The notes beneath the pieces are model-generated. The model saw only the letters and a list, made by a program, of their open reading frames with translations. It searched no databases and had not been told where the DNA came from. A DNA stretch of 62,413 bases, from assembly GCF_004010195.1 (NCBI RefSeq), contig NC_057717.1, forward strand, positions 103,481,026-103,543,438, in the 5' to 3' direction. Positions 51,407 through 62,413 of this stretch are shown here, in pieces. Position 1 is the stretch's first letter, and every line of letters starts with the position of its first letter. The DNA is from Chiloscyllium plagiosum. Its lineage: Eukaryota. Position numbers and translations under genes: made by a program.

Positions 51407-51570
51407 CTAAGGTGGCAAACTTAAAGTAGTGCAGATATCTTGGCAGGTTACAGGGCTGGGAGAGATGGCAGAGGTAGGAATCAATGAGGCTAGTAGAGGT
51501 TTAGAAACAATGAGAATTTTAAAACTGAGGTGCTGCTTAATTGAGAGCCAATGTAGGTTAGCTGAGGACA
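51407..51570 (-). mobile_element. L2-like LINE C-terminal remnant
   Basis: LHWLSIKQHLSFKILIVSK resembles the L2 motif LHWLP..QR..FKIL..FK. Confidence 0.6.
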
Positions 51571-51632
51571 GAATTACAACAATAAGACTGCCCATTTCCA
51601 CCTCTATAGGAAGTACAGGTTCTGTTATAATT

Positions 51633-51816
51633 AAAGGAGAAAGTGAGGACTGCAGATGCTGAAGATCAGAGCTGAAAATGTGTTGCTGGAAAAGCGCAGC
51701 AGGTCAGGCAGCATCCAAGGAGCATCCGGAGGAAGGGCTCATGCCCGAAACGTCGATTCTCCTGCTCCTTGGATGCTGCCTGACCTGCTGTGCTTTTCCA
51801 GTAACACATTTTCAGC
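51633..51816. mobile_element. Penelope-like fold-back element; 12-bp TSD
   Basis: TCTGTTATAATT at 51621-51632 and 51817-51828. Contains gggctcatgcccgaaacgtcg with a mutated CUGANGA. Confidence 0.88.
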
Positions 51817-52464
51817 TCTGTTATAATTGAAGTTTACCAAATGTGACACAAATGCTGTGTGAGCACTCTGGCTCAAATTTCATTGTCTGGAAGAGAGATG
51901 GTCAGCAACCAGGAAACATGAGTTTGTAGGGGAGAACAAAGACATTGACTTTATTCTTCCCAATACTGGATGGGATGCAATTGCTGCTTATCCACTATTG
52001 GACAGCAGGTAGGGTGCCTGACCAGTTAATAATGTGGAGTAGCTGAAAGGTAATGGTGTGCAACAATACTATTGTGAAGCTGTAGACTTTCCAACTGCTC
52101 CTAACCAATTAGGGGAGGAGGGGGTGGGAAGGAGGAAAGAGGGTGAGGCAGAGAACCAGAAGCAATTTCAACCAGGCAGCACAGGATAGAAAAGTAGTGC
52201 TGTGGGAGAGAAGTATGCATTGTGTATGGATGGGAGGGACAGTGGGGGGAATGTTGGGCAAAGAAACAGCATGAAATAAGTTTAACTGCTCCAACTACCA
52301 AAAGCATAATTGGCTGGGCCAACATAAACCCAAAATACTAACATACACTCGTTTTACACTTCTAGGTCCTCATTGAAAATATCCCTGATGCTTTTGCCTG
52401 CATCACAGCTACACGTGCATTATGAAAGAAAATAGATATATAGGATGTGCACACTCTGGGAAGA

Positions 52465-52692
52465 CTTTTTTCCAAGCAGAGGATGGTCCTTGAATGGAAT
52501 GAGCTGCCAGAGGGAGTGATGGAGGCTGGTACAATTACAACATTTAAAAGGCACCTGGATTGGGTATATGAATAGGAAGGAGTTAAAGGGATTTGAGCTA
52601 AATACTGGGACTTGATTAATTTAGGATATCTGGTCAGCATGGAAGAGTTGAAACTAAGGGTGTATTTCCATGCTGTACAACTCTATGACTCA
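52465..52692 (+). mobile_element. CR1 LINE 3' end
   Basis: Sequence tggaatgagctgccagag...tttccatgctgtacaactctatgact. Confidence 0.88.
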
Positions 52693-53208
52693 AAGGACCA
52701 AGTTTGTTCATGATGCTGGAACAGTGCACTGGAAGTTGCCAAGAGGGGAGAACAGCAAAAAAAAAAGTAGTAATTCAATCTGTCTAGATTAAATAGCCCA
52801 CAGATTCTTCAAAAGTGCCATCTTAATAAAGCTCCTCGAGGCTGGCTGCAATAACTTTCTTTTACTTTAAAACTTTATTTATTAAGGAAAAGGTAGCAGC
52901 CAGTTTGTTCGAAATTCAGTGACACAAAGTAATCATTGTGTAGGTGCTGGAAAAAGAGGGGTTTTGACTATTCAAGACAGGAGGTCGAGGGCTGCTAACC
53001 ACATGCAATCACATTTGAGAAAACACCCTCCTTGAATTTGATGCTCCTGAATTGGAATCTAGCATTATAAGATTATTATCGTTGTCATGCTGGCACAATA
53101 CAGAACACTTAACCCACTGGAGGCTGCTTAACAATACAATTGAAAAGAAATTTTTTTTAACAAAAAGATAGCCCAGCTTTATTAGTGATGGAATGGATCA
53201 TATCTTAC

Positions 53209-53319
53209 CTTTGCCAAAATAGCCCAGATCACCCCCTTCCTTTGCTGAGCTGCAATCACTGTATTTCGATGCTAAGTGTTCAAATGTTGCATCTCCAGAT
53301 TTGATCATTTGGATATATT
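53209..53319 (-). CDS. PIN1: PIN1 coding exon 3 (PPIase domain including catalytic Cys)
   Basis: Translates (E)[36 protein letters not shown](G). It is 111 nt, phase 1/1, with acceptor (TC)19-AG and donor AAG|GTAAGA. It is absent from the ORF track and was read manually. Confidence 0.97.

Positions 53320-53321
<2 letters not shown>

Positions 53322-53359
<38 letters not shown>
53322..53359 (-). repeat. (TC)19 microsatellite forming the polypyrimidine tract of PIN1 exon 3
   Basis: (GA)19 on the plus strand directly abuts the acceptor AG at 53320-53321. Confidence 0.95.
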
Positions 53360-53362
<3 letters not shown>

Positions 53363-53820
53363 ACAATTGGTTACAAACTGGGTCAACATTTTCTGGATGC
53401 ATACAGAAGATGTGACTTGAACCAGTTAAGATCATGTAGGCAACTTATAAAAACAAATCACTTAAATGTCTGACAGTTTAAGTGTCAGTTAAATGTCATC
53501 CTTGCTGTAATTGAGATGAGAGGGGAATTAATTAACTTTTAACCTGAATATGATTCTTATTCCAAAGTATCATCTCCATGTCCTAAAATAGGTTGAAAGG
53601 TTGGAATATTAATATTTATGGAAAGCACCGAAGGTAACTGGATTGGAACCAGCAGCTTGTAAAGAAAGAAATGTAGGCTCATAATTACTGCACGTTGTAT
53701 CCCCATATCCACTATCAGGCTTCAGGAATTCTTTCTTAAACCCAAAGTCCGATGGTGCAGAACATCAACATGTAATCTGATAGTTACTCTGTACACGATA
53801 CTAACTCAAATAAGGAGATA

Positions 53821-54009
53821 CAGGGCGACCATCGTATCCACGGAATCATTTTCCGCAGTCCGAACATATTATAGGGAACATTCTAGAACTGGGGGCTGCT
53901 GGGGAGGTAAAGTTTCCCATTGAAATGAATGGGTTTGCTCCAATCCGCGGTTTCAGGCTTCCGCGGTAGGTCTTGGAATGTATCCCCTGCGGGTACGGGT
54001 GGGCTACCA
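53821..54009. mobile_element. Tc1/mariner (pogo/Tigger-type) MITE in PIN1 intron 2
   Basis: TA-flanked, with degenerate TIRs cagggcgaccatcgtatccacgg / cctgcgggtacgggtgggctacca. Confidence 0.55.
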
Positions 54010-56037
54010 TATGTGGAAACTCCAGTGGAGATACAAGCCCATTAATGTTAGGTACATCAGTCAGAGGGAGATTGATCTGGGTGGGTTGCTCTTTGGAGGG
54101 TCGGTGTGGACTTGTTGGGCCAAATGGCCCGTTTCCACACTGTAGGGAATCTAAAACAAAATCTCTCAAGTTTCACATTGACAGATGGCACGCCCACATT
54201 AGTGCATACCTTGTCATGAACTCAACATCTATCACAAGCAGAATTTCATTCGTAAGTGCCCAGTTTGCACACTACAGTTCTTCCACACAGCATTGCTGAA
54301 ATTAACAACTTGGGCATGTGAGAAGTTAACACCATTTCACACTATGCTAGTTCACTCACACTCAAATGTTCCATCATACACCATCTATTCAACCTCCACC
54401 AACTCATTCAGAAAAGGTGATTATATATTTTGAGTTAAACCTAAGTGTTCTGTACAGTAAGAACAGAATTCCTGGAAACATAGAGATCAGGCAGCAACTG
54501 ACAACAGAGATTACAAATAAAAATATTCGCTAAAGGTAGACCTAGATTCTGATGAAAGAATAAAATGTCAGAGCCCACTAATTCTCCAAATATTCTGATA
54601 TTAACTTATGCATTTCTAACTTGCTTCTACATGTATGATCCACAAAAATATTTTCTTTCCCACCAATTTACATTTGGGTTAATGCTATGCCAAAGTTACC
54701 AGTCACTGTGCATGGCAGGAATAAATACCTCTGCATGTCAGATCTTTAAAGTAACATTGGTACAAACTAGACATTCTATTAGTTCTGTAATGTTTAACCA
54801 ATTCCAGAACAAAGTCTCCTCTGTGATAGCAAAACAGAAGAAAAACAGACAGTTCTCAATCACCAAGACAATACAAATCACGCCATCTCAAAATCCCAAT
54901 GCTTCACCTAGAATCATGTGCAGCAAGTTCCTCACCTCACTAGAACCGACATACAGGAGAGTCTTGCAAATACCAAGTTTTACTGAGGACAGGGGTTGAG
55001 GTCCATTAGAAGATCAATCATCCCTAAGAACTTGCACATACCTTCCTTGTGCCTAGTTGCAGAGTAACACTGATACATTAAGGGGAGCTCTCTCAACTAT
55101 CTTGGACCAGTGGGCTTGAGAATAACCCAAAAGTGGAGGTTATGTATTATATTTAAAATAAGAAATTCACATGCAATTACAGTCACTATTACAATTTGTT
55201 TGCAACTTGGTGCACTAGTAAATATACTATATTCAAGTAAATAAAAATCAAAATTCAAAATTAGTTTAAATCTTTGATTTATGTTATACTTTCAAGGGAC
55301 AGTGACATGAATGGTCAGGCCAGCATTTGTTGCTAATCCCTCATAGTCCTCGGATGGAATGACTTGCTAAGCTATTTCAGGTATTCGTTCTGTACATTGC
55401 TGTGGGCGCAGAGTCACATGTAAGCCAGACCAGTTATGGACAACTGATTTCCTTCGCTAAAAAAGCACATTAATGAATCGAAAAGGTTTTTACAACAATC
55501 CAATGATAGTTGTCATGATCATCATTATAGAGTGTTGTTTTTAATCTCAGTTTTATTGAGTTTAGTTTCCTTCAACTCTCACTCTGTGATTTGAATCCCT
55601 GTCGTGAGAGCAATCAGCCTTCACCTCTGAAATACTAGCCCATTGACATTTCCACAAAAACTGTCTTTGTTATAAAACCTCAAAAACCGTTCTGAACTAA
55701 AACAAGCATGGTAGTGATTGGAACAAGGGCCAGGTGGATCTTTTATGATATCCTTGATTGGGGTTGTTGACCTCAGATAATCCGGGGCCCTGGATGACAT
55801 ATAAAAAGGGAGATTCAGAAGGTCTCCCAAGTCTAGGGAATGGCTTGGAACTGGCTGGTCAGAGCCTAAGTACTGTGCACGTGTAAATAAAGGGGGACTT
55901 GGTCACAGGGATGCTGGTCTCTATGCAGCTATTTCAAACACATTTATGTTCTCCTCTTCTGTACCAGTAAGATGTTTTAACAGTACAAAAAGAGTCTTTT
56001 GTGCTTTTGGAAAGGTGCACATGTGTCATCAATTTAC

Positions 56038-56238
56038 CATTTAATGTCTCTAGTGCCTCCTCTTTGCTGCGTGTGATCTCCTCCTGTCTCCATGAAGAAG
56101 GTCTGCGTGACTGGTTGTGCTTCACTAACAGGTGGGAACAGCGAACTCTGTCAGGCTCACCAGAACTGTAATTCCCCCCAGCTTTTGGACGCTCCCATTG
56201 ACTCCGATTAGTTGTATGATTGAAGAAGTAAATGCGAC
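56038..56238 (-). CDS. PIN1: PIN1 coding exon 2 (WW domain C-terminal part, linker, start of PPIase domain)
   Basis: Translates (G)[66 protein letters not shown]. Acceptor is tttgcAG (plus-strand ct at 56239-56240) and donor is G|GTAAAT (plus-strand ac at 56036-56037). The exon is 201 nt, phase 1/1, matching vertebrate PIN1 exon structure. Confidence 0.97.
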
Positions 56239-56539
56239 CTGCAAAAGAAACATAAAATGCCATTTGAGACATCAACGCAAGCTAATCAATCAAGAACACA
56301 CCTTGCAGAACCTGACTTAAATAGTTTCTCCTTCCTTACTCCACTCCTGAAGAAATGGGGAGAACGATTCTGAAGTCTCAGATGCAGTTCCATGGGTTGC
56401 TGCCACATCATTCACTTCCAAAATTCACATTACAACAACTTGAATACTTACAATACAGCAATGGCTACATTTTGAAAGAAATGCAAAAGCATGGCATTAG
56501 AAAAATAAGATTACAACTGGATTTTTAAAAGTTTATCAA

Positions 56540-56765
56540 AAGCAATGCAGCTAGATGGATGAACATTGGCCAAGACACATTCCTGTTGCTAGAACTGACT
56601 GTCACAAGATGGCAGATGGAACATTATTCAATAATTTCAGCAAAGACATTTCCAACAGTGCACTCAATTTCAGCGTCAGCCTAGATACTGCAGTTACATC
56701 CTTATTCCAGAGCTTGAATTCCCAAACTTGGCTTTGACGAGATAGTGTTACCACTGTGCCCTGGC
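56540..56765 (-). mobile_element. Degenerate DeuSINE-like SINE
   Basis: Deu-like segment gatggatgaacattggccaagacac and tRNA head remnant ttaccactgtgcc. Confidence 0.5.
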
Positions 56766-59700
56766 TAAAACCAAAGAATGGACAACCCCAAAAGCATGTT
56801 GAAAGAGAGCATTCAGCAGGGCTGGATGCCATAGCTTATCTTACGTTATTCCATCATTTGCCATATGCATTTCATTAATGCAAATTCACTGACATGATTG
56901 ATGAACTGGGAACACTTTCTATAGCACAAACATTTAAAGCGAGTATTGGTTATAACATGATTCTGGCCCCATTAATTCAAGTAGTGCTACAATTATGTAA
57001 TTTTCTTTTAACAGTGTTGCACAAGAATAGAACAACTACATTGTAGCAGAACCAACTGTACATGCAACTACAGTATGGGTAATTGCACAGACAGCATTTG
57101 TGGCATCAAATCTTTGCAGCCATTTCTTCAAATTATTAAATATGAAAGCATAAAATTACAGAAACGACACACTATTACACAAAAACATTAGGAATTAATA
57201 ATGCAATGCTGCATCACTCAATGTTGCAGCATTGAGATATATTCATAAGATATTAAATATAAATGATACCTGCAGAAATCTACAGTTGTTGCTAGTCAAT
57301 AACTTATTTGGTGCCTAATTAAGCTTTTTTTTCCTTTGCTGGTCTTGGAGATCATTCACAGAAGTCTGCTTCTATCCAGTGTAAAGACTGCAGCCGCTGT
57401 ACAGATCAACTGTAAACTTAATCCTGGCAGCCATCACAGAACAATATTCAAACCTGACATAGAGCTTCCTTGACATGAGTAAGGAATTCCAATTTCAGTT
57501 GTTAAGGAATTTGGTACTATAGCCCTCTTATTCATAGGATCTTATTCTTCATTCTTAACAATTTGAACGATTAGACAATTTCATCTTTAGGACAAAACTT
57601 ATTGTAGATCATTGGAAATTCTATATGGACTTTTAGTAAGGCAAGGGACAAAGGATCTCTTTTAGAAGATAATACTATTCTAACATCTCCTTTGCCTTCC
57701 TACATTCACTAGACTGCAAGTGATCCTAATTAAATCAAGACTTGAGTGTTCAGCTAGGGTGTGTTGCCGAAGTTGTTTACATGCAGAGGTTTCTGGTACT
57801 TCATCGCAGGAAGCAATCTAGAGTGAGTGTTGCAATTAACAGTGAAGGCTGGACAGAACAAGTATATGTCCAGTTTGGAGCCCTGTGTCCACACTGCCAT
57901 TTACAACTTACAGGGTGAATCTAAGAGACCCCATCATGGACTCAGACTTCTGAAATATTACTGTTTTAGAACTTATTCTATATGAAACTATATACATGTT
58001 ACTTTACTCTGCTATAGTCACCGCAGTCCATGTGGCGCAGAGCCAAACAGTGTGCTGTTAGGGAGGAAGTGCCAGGATTTCAGTTTTTAATAATTTTATC
58101 AATAAATTTGCATTAAACAGACATCAATACAACTTGTCATCATGTGGTACCTTCAACTTTCATGAACTATATTTTTAATTTTCACTGCATAGTCCAGACA
58201 TTGTCATGCCTATATTTGCACTTTTTGAAAGTGCTTTTCTCATGAATGAAAAAAACAGGAGCAGGAATCTTTGGCCCCTGCTCTGCCAGTGTGATCATGG
58301 TGATCTTCTCCATTCACAGCTTTTTCCTGATGTATCATCGTACCCCTTTATACATTTAGAGATTTAGCAATCTGAGTCTTGAACTCTCCCAATGACTGAG
58401 CCACCAAACCCTTTGGGGCAGGGAATTCCAAGGATCCCACATTCCCTAAGAATCAGTCTGGACTGCACTACCTGGTCCTTCCCAGCAGCAACTTAATTCC
58501 ATTGAAGCGTGAGAGACAAATCACCTTCCTTAGAGCGGTATTTTTGCAATTCCTTTGGTACTGATTCACGGGATGAGCATCACAAGCTGGACTCATATTT
58601 GTCTGCCCATCCCTAATTGCCCTTAAGGTGGTGGTAGTGGCTTATCACTGCAGTCCCTGTATACAGGTGCAACCACAATACCGTTAGGGAGGAAGTGCCA
58701 GGATTTCAGTTTAGATTTACGTGTTCTCTCCTCCCTGTTAAATGAAAGCTAGATTGCACAAAATTTCCACTTGTTAAACACGCAGACAACAAACTGGCAC
58801 CACTGGGCACTTTTTGGATAAAAGCCACAAAGTAAGAAATGAGCAAACACAAAAGGAACTAAAGTTCACATAACAAATCAAATCAATATTCCGACAAACA
58901 CTATGAAATTATTCCACCATACCTATTACCATGCAATCTAAGAGCCCATGACAGTCTTAGAGAACAGATTATCAATGTACCTTGATGTTTTCACCCAAGG
59001 TCATGGGAAAGTGATATATAAATTTTAAAACCAATTATAAAGTCCTCAGCCAGGCTTATGACAAAAAGTCTATCAACAGATTATAGCAATAATACCAGGC
59101 ATGTACTTCACAGCATCTTTCACAATGACAAAATTAAAATTTTTGATATATTTGACATTGTAAAGCTACTGGAGCTCATTTCTAGCTTCCAGGTTGCAAT
59201 TTCAGCTGCTTTAATAGACAATTCCCTGTGCTGTGAATCTGGCCATATAATCCAATATGGTTTTCCTGGGGACCATTTTAATACTTGTGGAGAATGAGTA
59301 TTTTCATGCAGAGCCTAGACTCAAAGCTAATAAAACTCTGCTACTGAAATGCATGCCCACTGAGTGAAGAAAGGGAAAGAGCACCTTACAATGTCAGGAA
59401 ATACATCTTCCATATATACACTTTGTAATTTTAAAGTTACACTCTGGGCAAAGCAAAATAGATCTCGATGGCAACATCTTTATACTGCCTTAGCCTGAAC
59501 TTGAACAACTGGAGACTTATCAAGATTGTTGCCCAAGAAGAAAGGCATCAGTGAAGTTACGATCTGATTAGAGTTGTCTATTAGTTGCAAAACACGACTA
59601 TATTACATGAATTCAAATTAATATTCCAACCAGCTTTAAAAATGTCTGAGCGAATAGCTGAAAAGATTAGAGAACAGAAGTGGAAACCCACAAGACAAAT

Positions 59701-60378
59701 GAGTGAACAGCCATGCACCATAATATTAAGCAATGAATTCAAAATGCAAAAAGGCACGTCCATTCATCACTCATTTATAGTCAAATGTGTTGAAATAATT
59801 AAAGCCAGGTTAAGATTACAACTGCAATAGGCTGAGATTTTCATAATAATAGAAAGTTCTGGAATACATTTGGGTCAGGCAGGACCCTGTGGAGAAACAG
59901 ATAAGTTAATGTTTCAGGTCAGTAGCTTTGAAAGAAAGATCATTATTGAAAACTTCAATTGTTCTTCCTTTGTGATCTCCAGCATAAGAACAATTATTTC
60001 AAAGACTAAGATATCATTCAGCAATATCATCATTAACACTCATTATTTTATTCTCAGATGAAGGTCACAGGGCAGTTTCACTAACTAAGAGTAAGATCTA
60101 GCACTTTAGTACTTCCAGTCATGAACCACGAGAAACATGTTTAATGGGGCTACCTTATTTTGAATAATTCAAAAGATTGCAGGTACTTGGCAGCATCTAT
60201 CTTCAGAGGATCTTAAATGTACCAAATCTACCCCAGTGATTCAGCTAGAAAATTAACAACCATGCAGATGCGCCCATATTGCCAACCAGTCAGCAGTCTT
60301 CTCAGGCAGTATAATAGTTTTTTGCAAGGTATGTGATGGTTTGTAGCTCAGGTTGAGGTTTAGGATGAAGGTTTGATA

Positions 60379-60420
60379 TCCAGATGTTTCATTACCTGGC
60401 TAGGTAACATCATCAGTGGA
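60379..60420 (-). ncRNA. Minimal hammerhead motif on the PIN1 sense strand (inverted twin at 61089-61128 on plus)
   Basis: UCCA-CUGAUGA-U-GUUACCU(AGCC)AGGUAAU-GAAA-C-AUC-UGGA. Helix III is ACAU rather than ACGU. Confidence 0.7.
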
Positions 60421-60491
60421 GAAAGTGAGGTCTGCAGATGCTGGAGATCAAAGTTGAAACTTTATTGCTGGAACAGCACAGCAGGTCAGGA

Positions 60492-60527
60492 ATTCCTGAA
60501 GAAGGGCCTGTGCCCGAAACGTCGAAT
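60492..60527 (+). ncRNA. Minimal type-I hammerhead ribozyme motif, fully intact core
   Basis: AUUC-CUGAAGA-A-GGGC(CUGU)GCCC-GAAA-C-GUC-GAAU, with palindromic ACGU at helix III. Confidence 0.82.
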
Positions 60528-60544
60528 CTCCTGTTCCCTGGATG

Positions 60545-60980
60545 GCATGTCTTTGCTTAGCCTGTTCTCGGATAGATGTGTTGTCCCAGTCGAAATGGTG
60601 GTTTTTTTAATCCGTGTGTAGGGCTACGAGGGAGAAAGGGTAGTGTCTTTTTTGTGGCTAGCTAATGTTCATGTATCCTCGTGGCTAACTTTCTTCCTGT
60701 TTGTCCTACGTAGTGTTTGTGGCAGTCCTTGCATGGAATTTTGTAGATGACGTTGGTTTTGTCCATGGGTTGTACTGGGTCTTTTAAGTTTGTTAGTTTT
60801 TGTTTGAGAGTGTTGGTGGGTTTGTGTGCTACTAGGATTCCAAGGGGTCATAGTAGTCTGGCTTTCATTTCTGAAACTTCTTTGATGTATGTTAAGGTGG
60901 TTAGGGTTCCTGGCTGTGTTTGGTCTGCTTGTCGTGGTTTGTTCTTGAGGAATCTGCGGACTGTATTTTTTGAGTATCCG
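60545..60980 (-). pseudogene. PLE GIY-YIG endonuclease remnant
   Basis: Reads ...EMKARLL*PLGILVAHKPTNTLKQKLTNLKDPVQPMDKTNVIYKIPCKDCHKHYVGQTGRKLATRIHEH*LATKRH...HHFDWDNTSI, with in-frame stops. Confidence 0.92.
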
Positions 60981-61199
60981 CAAGAAAACGAACAGGAAAT
61001 GACATCGCCACAAACCCCAGGAACCCCATCCAGGACAAACTCATAAATAGAAAGCAGGAGACAACAGCTTCGCTTCACTTGGAGGTCGCCACTGATGATG
61101 TTACCTAGCCAGGTAATGAAACATCTGGATAGCAAACCTACAGCTCAGCGAGCAAACCTATACTCTAAAGTATAATAGTTGCCTGTCCTTTACATGTAT

Positions 61200-61292
61200 T
61201 TCTTGCACACTGTCCTGATGAGTGCAAGTCAAAAAGCTTTCACAGAATATGCCTCTTTTCAGCAATACCCAAGTTCTGGACCATCAAACCAC
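61200..61292 (+). mobile_element. Fourth PLE terminus family with decayed hammerhead
   Basis: ctgtc-CTGATGA-gtgcaagtc-AAAA-agctttc-acag, with GAAA mutated. Confidence 0.55.
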
Positions 61293-62057
61293 ACAGTTCT
61301 AGGTAAGGTTGCAAATGTGTGGAACGGGTGCATTTTCTATTGTCTTCAAGGCTGAGTTAACTGAACAGGAAAGAAAAACAGTGGACTTCCGCTTCCGTGA
61401 ACCCTACAAACAGAATAACAATTTTTGTTTTGGGAGGATGGGGGAAAGGAAAGTAGCTTGGAAAAGAGATTTGGTCATATTCAACAACATAATGCTGATG
61501 AGACTTCAACTAAGGCAGATAAAATCAAAGTAAAGTTGTAGAGAACCTTTTTCTCAATTTTCACGGTCAGAGAAAGCCAGAATTCACAAAGAAGAGAGCA
61601 ATTTCAATTTGTGTTCTGGGTAGTTGGTAACAGAGTGGAAGAAGAGATAGTAAGGGGTTAGTCAGATTGGTTGAAAGCACCTGTTTCAGCATTCCCCTGT
61701 CTGACAAACATCTAATCTCTCAACATTTCGAATGGTACATTATACAAGACAACTTTTGAGTGGGTGGGTTGGAGGCATGAAATCACTTCGACTCTGCATC
61801 CTTGTTGTCATAGTAACTGCAAAGCTTCAAAATATAAATGGAAAACTACAGCCAGAGAAATGTGGAAGGGAAGAAAACAAGACATCACAAGGCAGACTTA
61901 ACACAGAAAATGCTAGATGGAACCTGAACTCAGTTAAAAATTGTGAGGAGTTTGATAAAGGATGACCATTTCCACAATTTGCAGAATCACTATCCAGGGA
62001 TAACCAATTCAAGCAATCAGCAAAAGCATGATAAAAGTGGTAGTGCTTCCTAATGTT

Positions 62058-62367
62058 ATGGTACGTTTAATTGTAGAATTTATATAAAGTATGGCTCGCG
62101 CCCAGTGTTTGGAAAATCTCACGGCAGCAGGAGTGATGGCACAAACAATTACAGGAACGGATGGGGGAGGGGAGGGAAGGAGAGGAAAGGGAAGGGAACG
62201 GTTGTGGGGGGCATGGTACGTTTAATTGTAGAATTTATATAAAGTATGGCTCGCGCCCAGTGTTTGGAAAATCTCACGGCAGCAGGAGTGATGGCACAAA
62301 CAATTACAGGAACGGATGGGGGAGGGGAGGGAAGGAGAGGAAAGGGAAGGGAACGGTTGTGGGGGGC
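62058..62367. repeat. Exact 155-bp tandem duplication with G-rich tract near the 5' end of PIN1 intron 1
   Basis: 62058-62212 is identical to 62213-62367. Confidence 0.95.
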
Positions 62368-62413
62368 AAGAGGAGAGGAAGGGGATGGTGGTGGTGAGGA
62401 GGGCGAGAGGAGA

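Larger units (their letters stand above)
60320..61168. mobile_element. Penelope-like (Poseidon-type) element with inverted pLTRs and 12-bp TSD, containing a nested second PLE (~60418-60545)
   Basis: AGTATAATAGTT at 60308-60319 and 61169-61180. Confidence 0.92.

Noticed and set aside
55934..56275. Stand-alone 113-aa PIN1-like ORF or processed pseudogene
   Set aside because: It is exon 2 plus intronic read-through; canonical splice sites join it to exons 3 and 4.
56239..62413. PIN1 exon 1
   Set aside because: I found no sequence encoding an MADEEKLPxGWEKRMSRS-like peptide with a donor site; it must lie beyond the window.

Overview
This is eukaryotic (vertebrate) genomic DNA. The repeat content (HE1/V-SINE-like SINEs, HER1/CR1 LINEs, Penelope-like elements) points to a cartilaginous fish, probably a shark. 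The only clearly supported protein-coding gene is PIN1 (peptidyl-prolyl isomerase NIMA-interacting 1) on the minus strand: exon 2 at 56238-56038, exon 3 at 53319-53209, and exon 4 at 50828-50719 with its 3'UTR. Exon 1 lies beyond the right edge. The other ~50 kb is intergenic or intronic and dominated by decayed retroelements: CR1, Rex1/Babar, L2 and a further CR1-group LINE, several tRNA-derived SINE families, solo LTRs, DNA-transposon MITEs and at least four Penelope-like element (PLE) families. It also holds three minisatellites, several exact local duplications, one 304-nt N gap and repeat-free AT-rich blocks that look like conserved enhancers. Most ORFs in the supplied track are repeat-derived or spurious. 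The most notable signals are: (i) minimal hammerhead-ribozyme motifs in the PLE termini, some with intact cores, including one on the PIN1 pre-mRNA strand; (ii) a SINE that has captured a copy of nearby unique DNA; (iii) a 94-bp perfect inverted duplication; (iv) a (TC)19 microsatellite acting as the polypyrimidine tract of PIN1 exon 3; (v) clustered substitutions at the PIN1 WW-PPIase interface. Family names were assigned by recognising sequences from memory, not by database search, and repeat boundaries are approximate unless a TSD is given.
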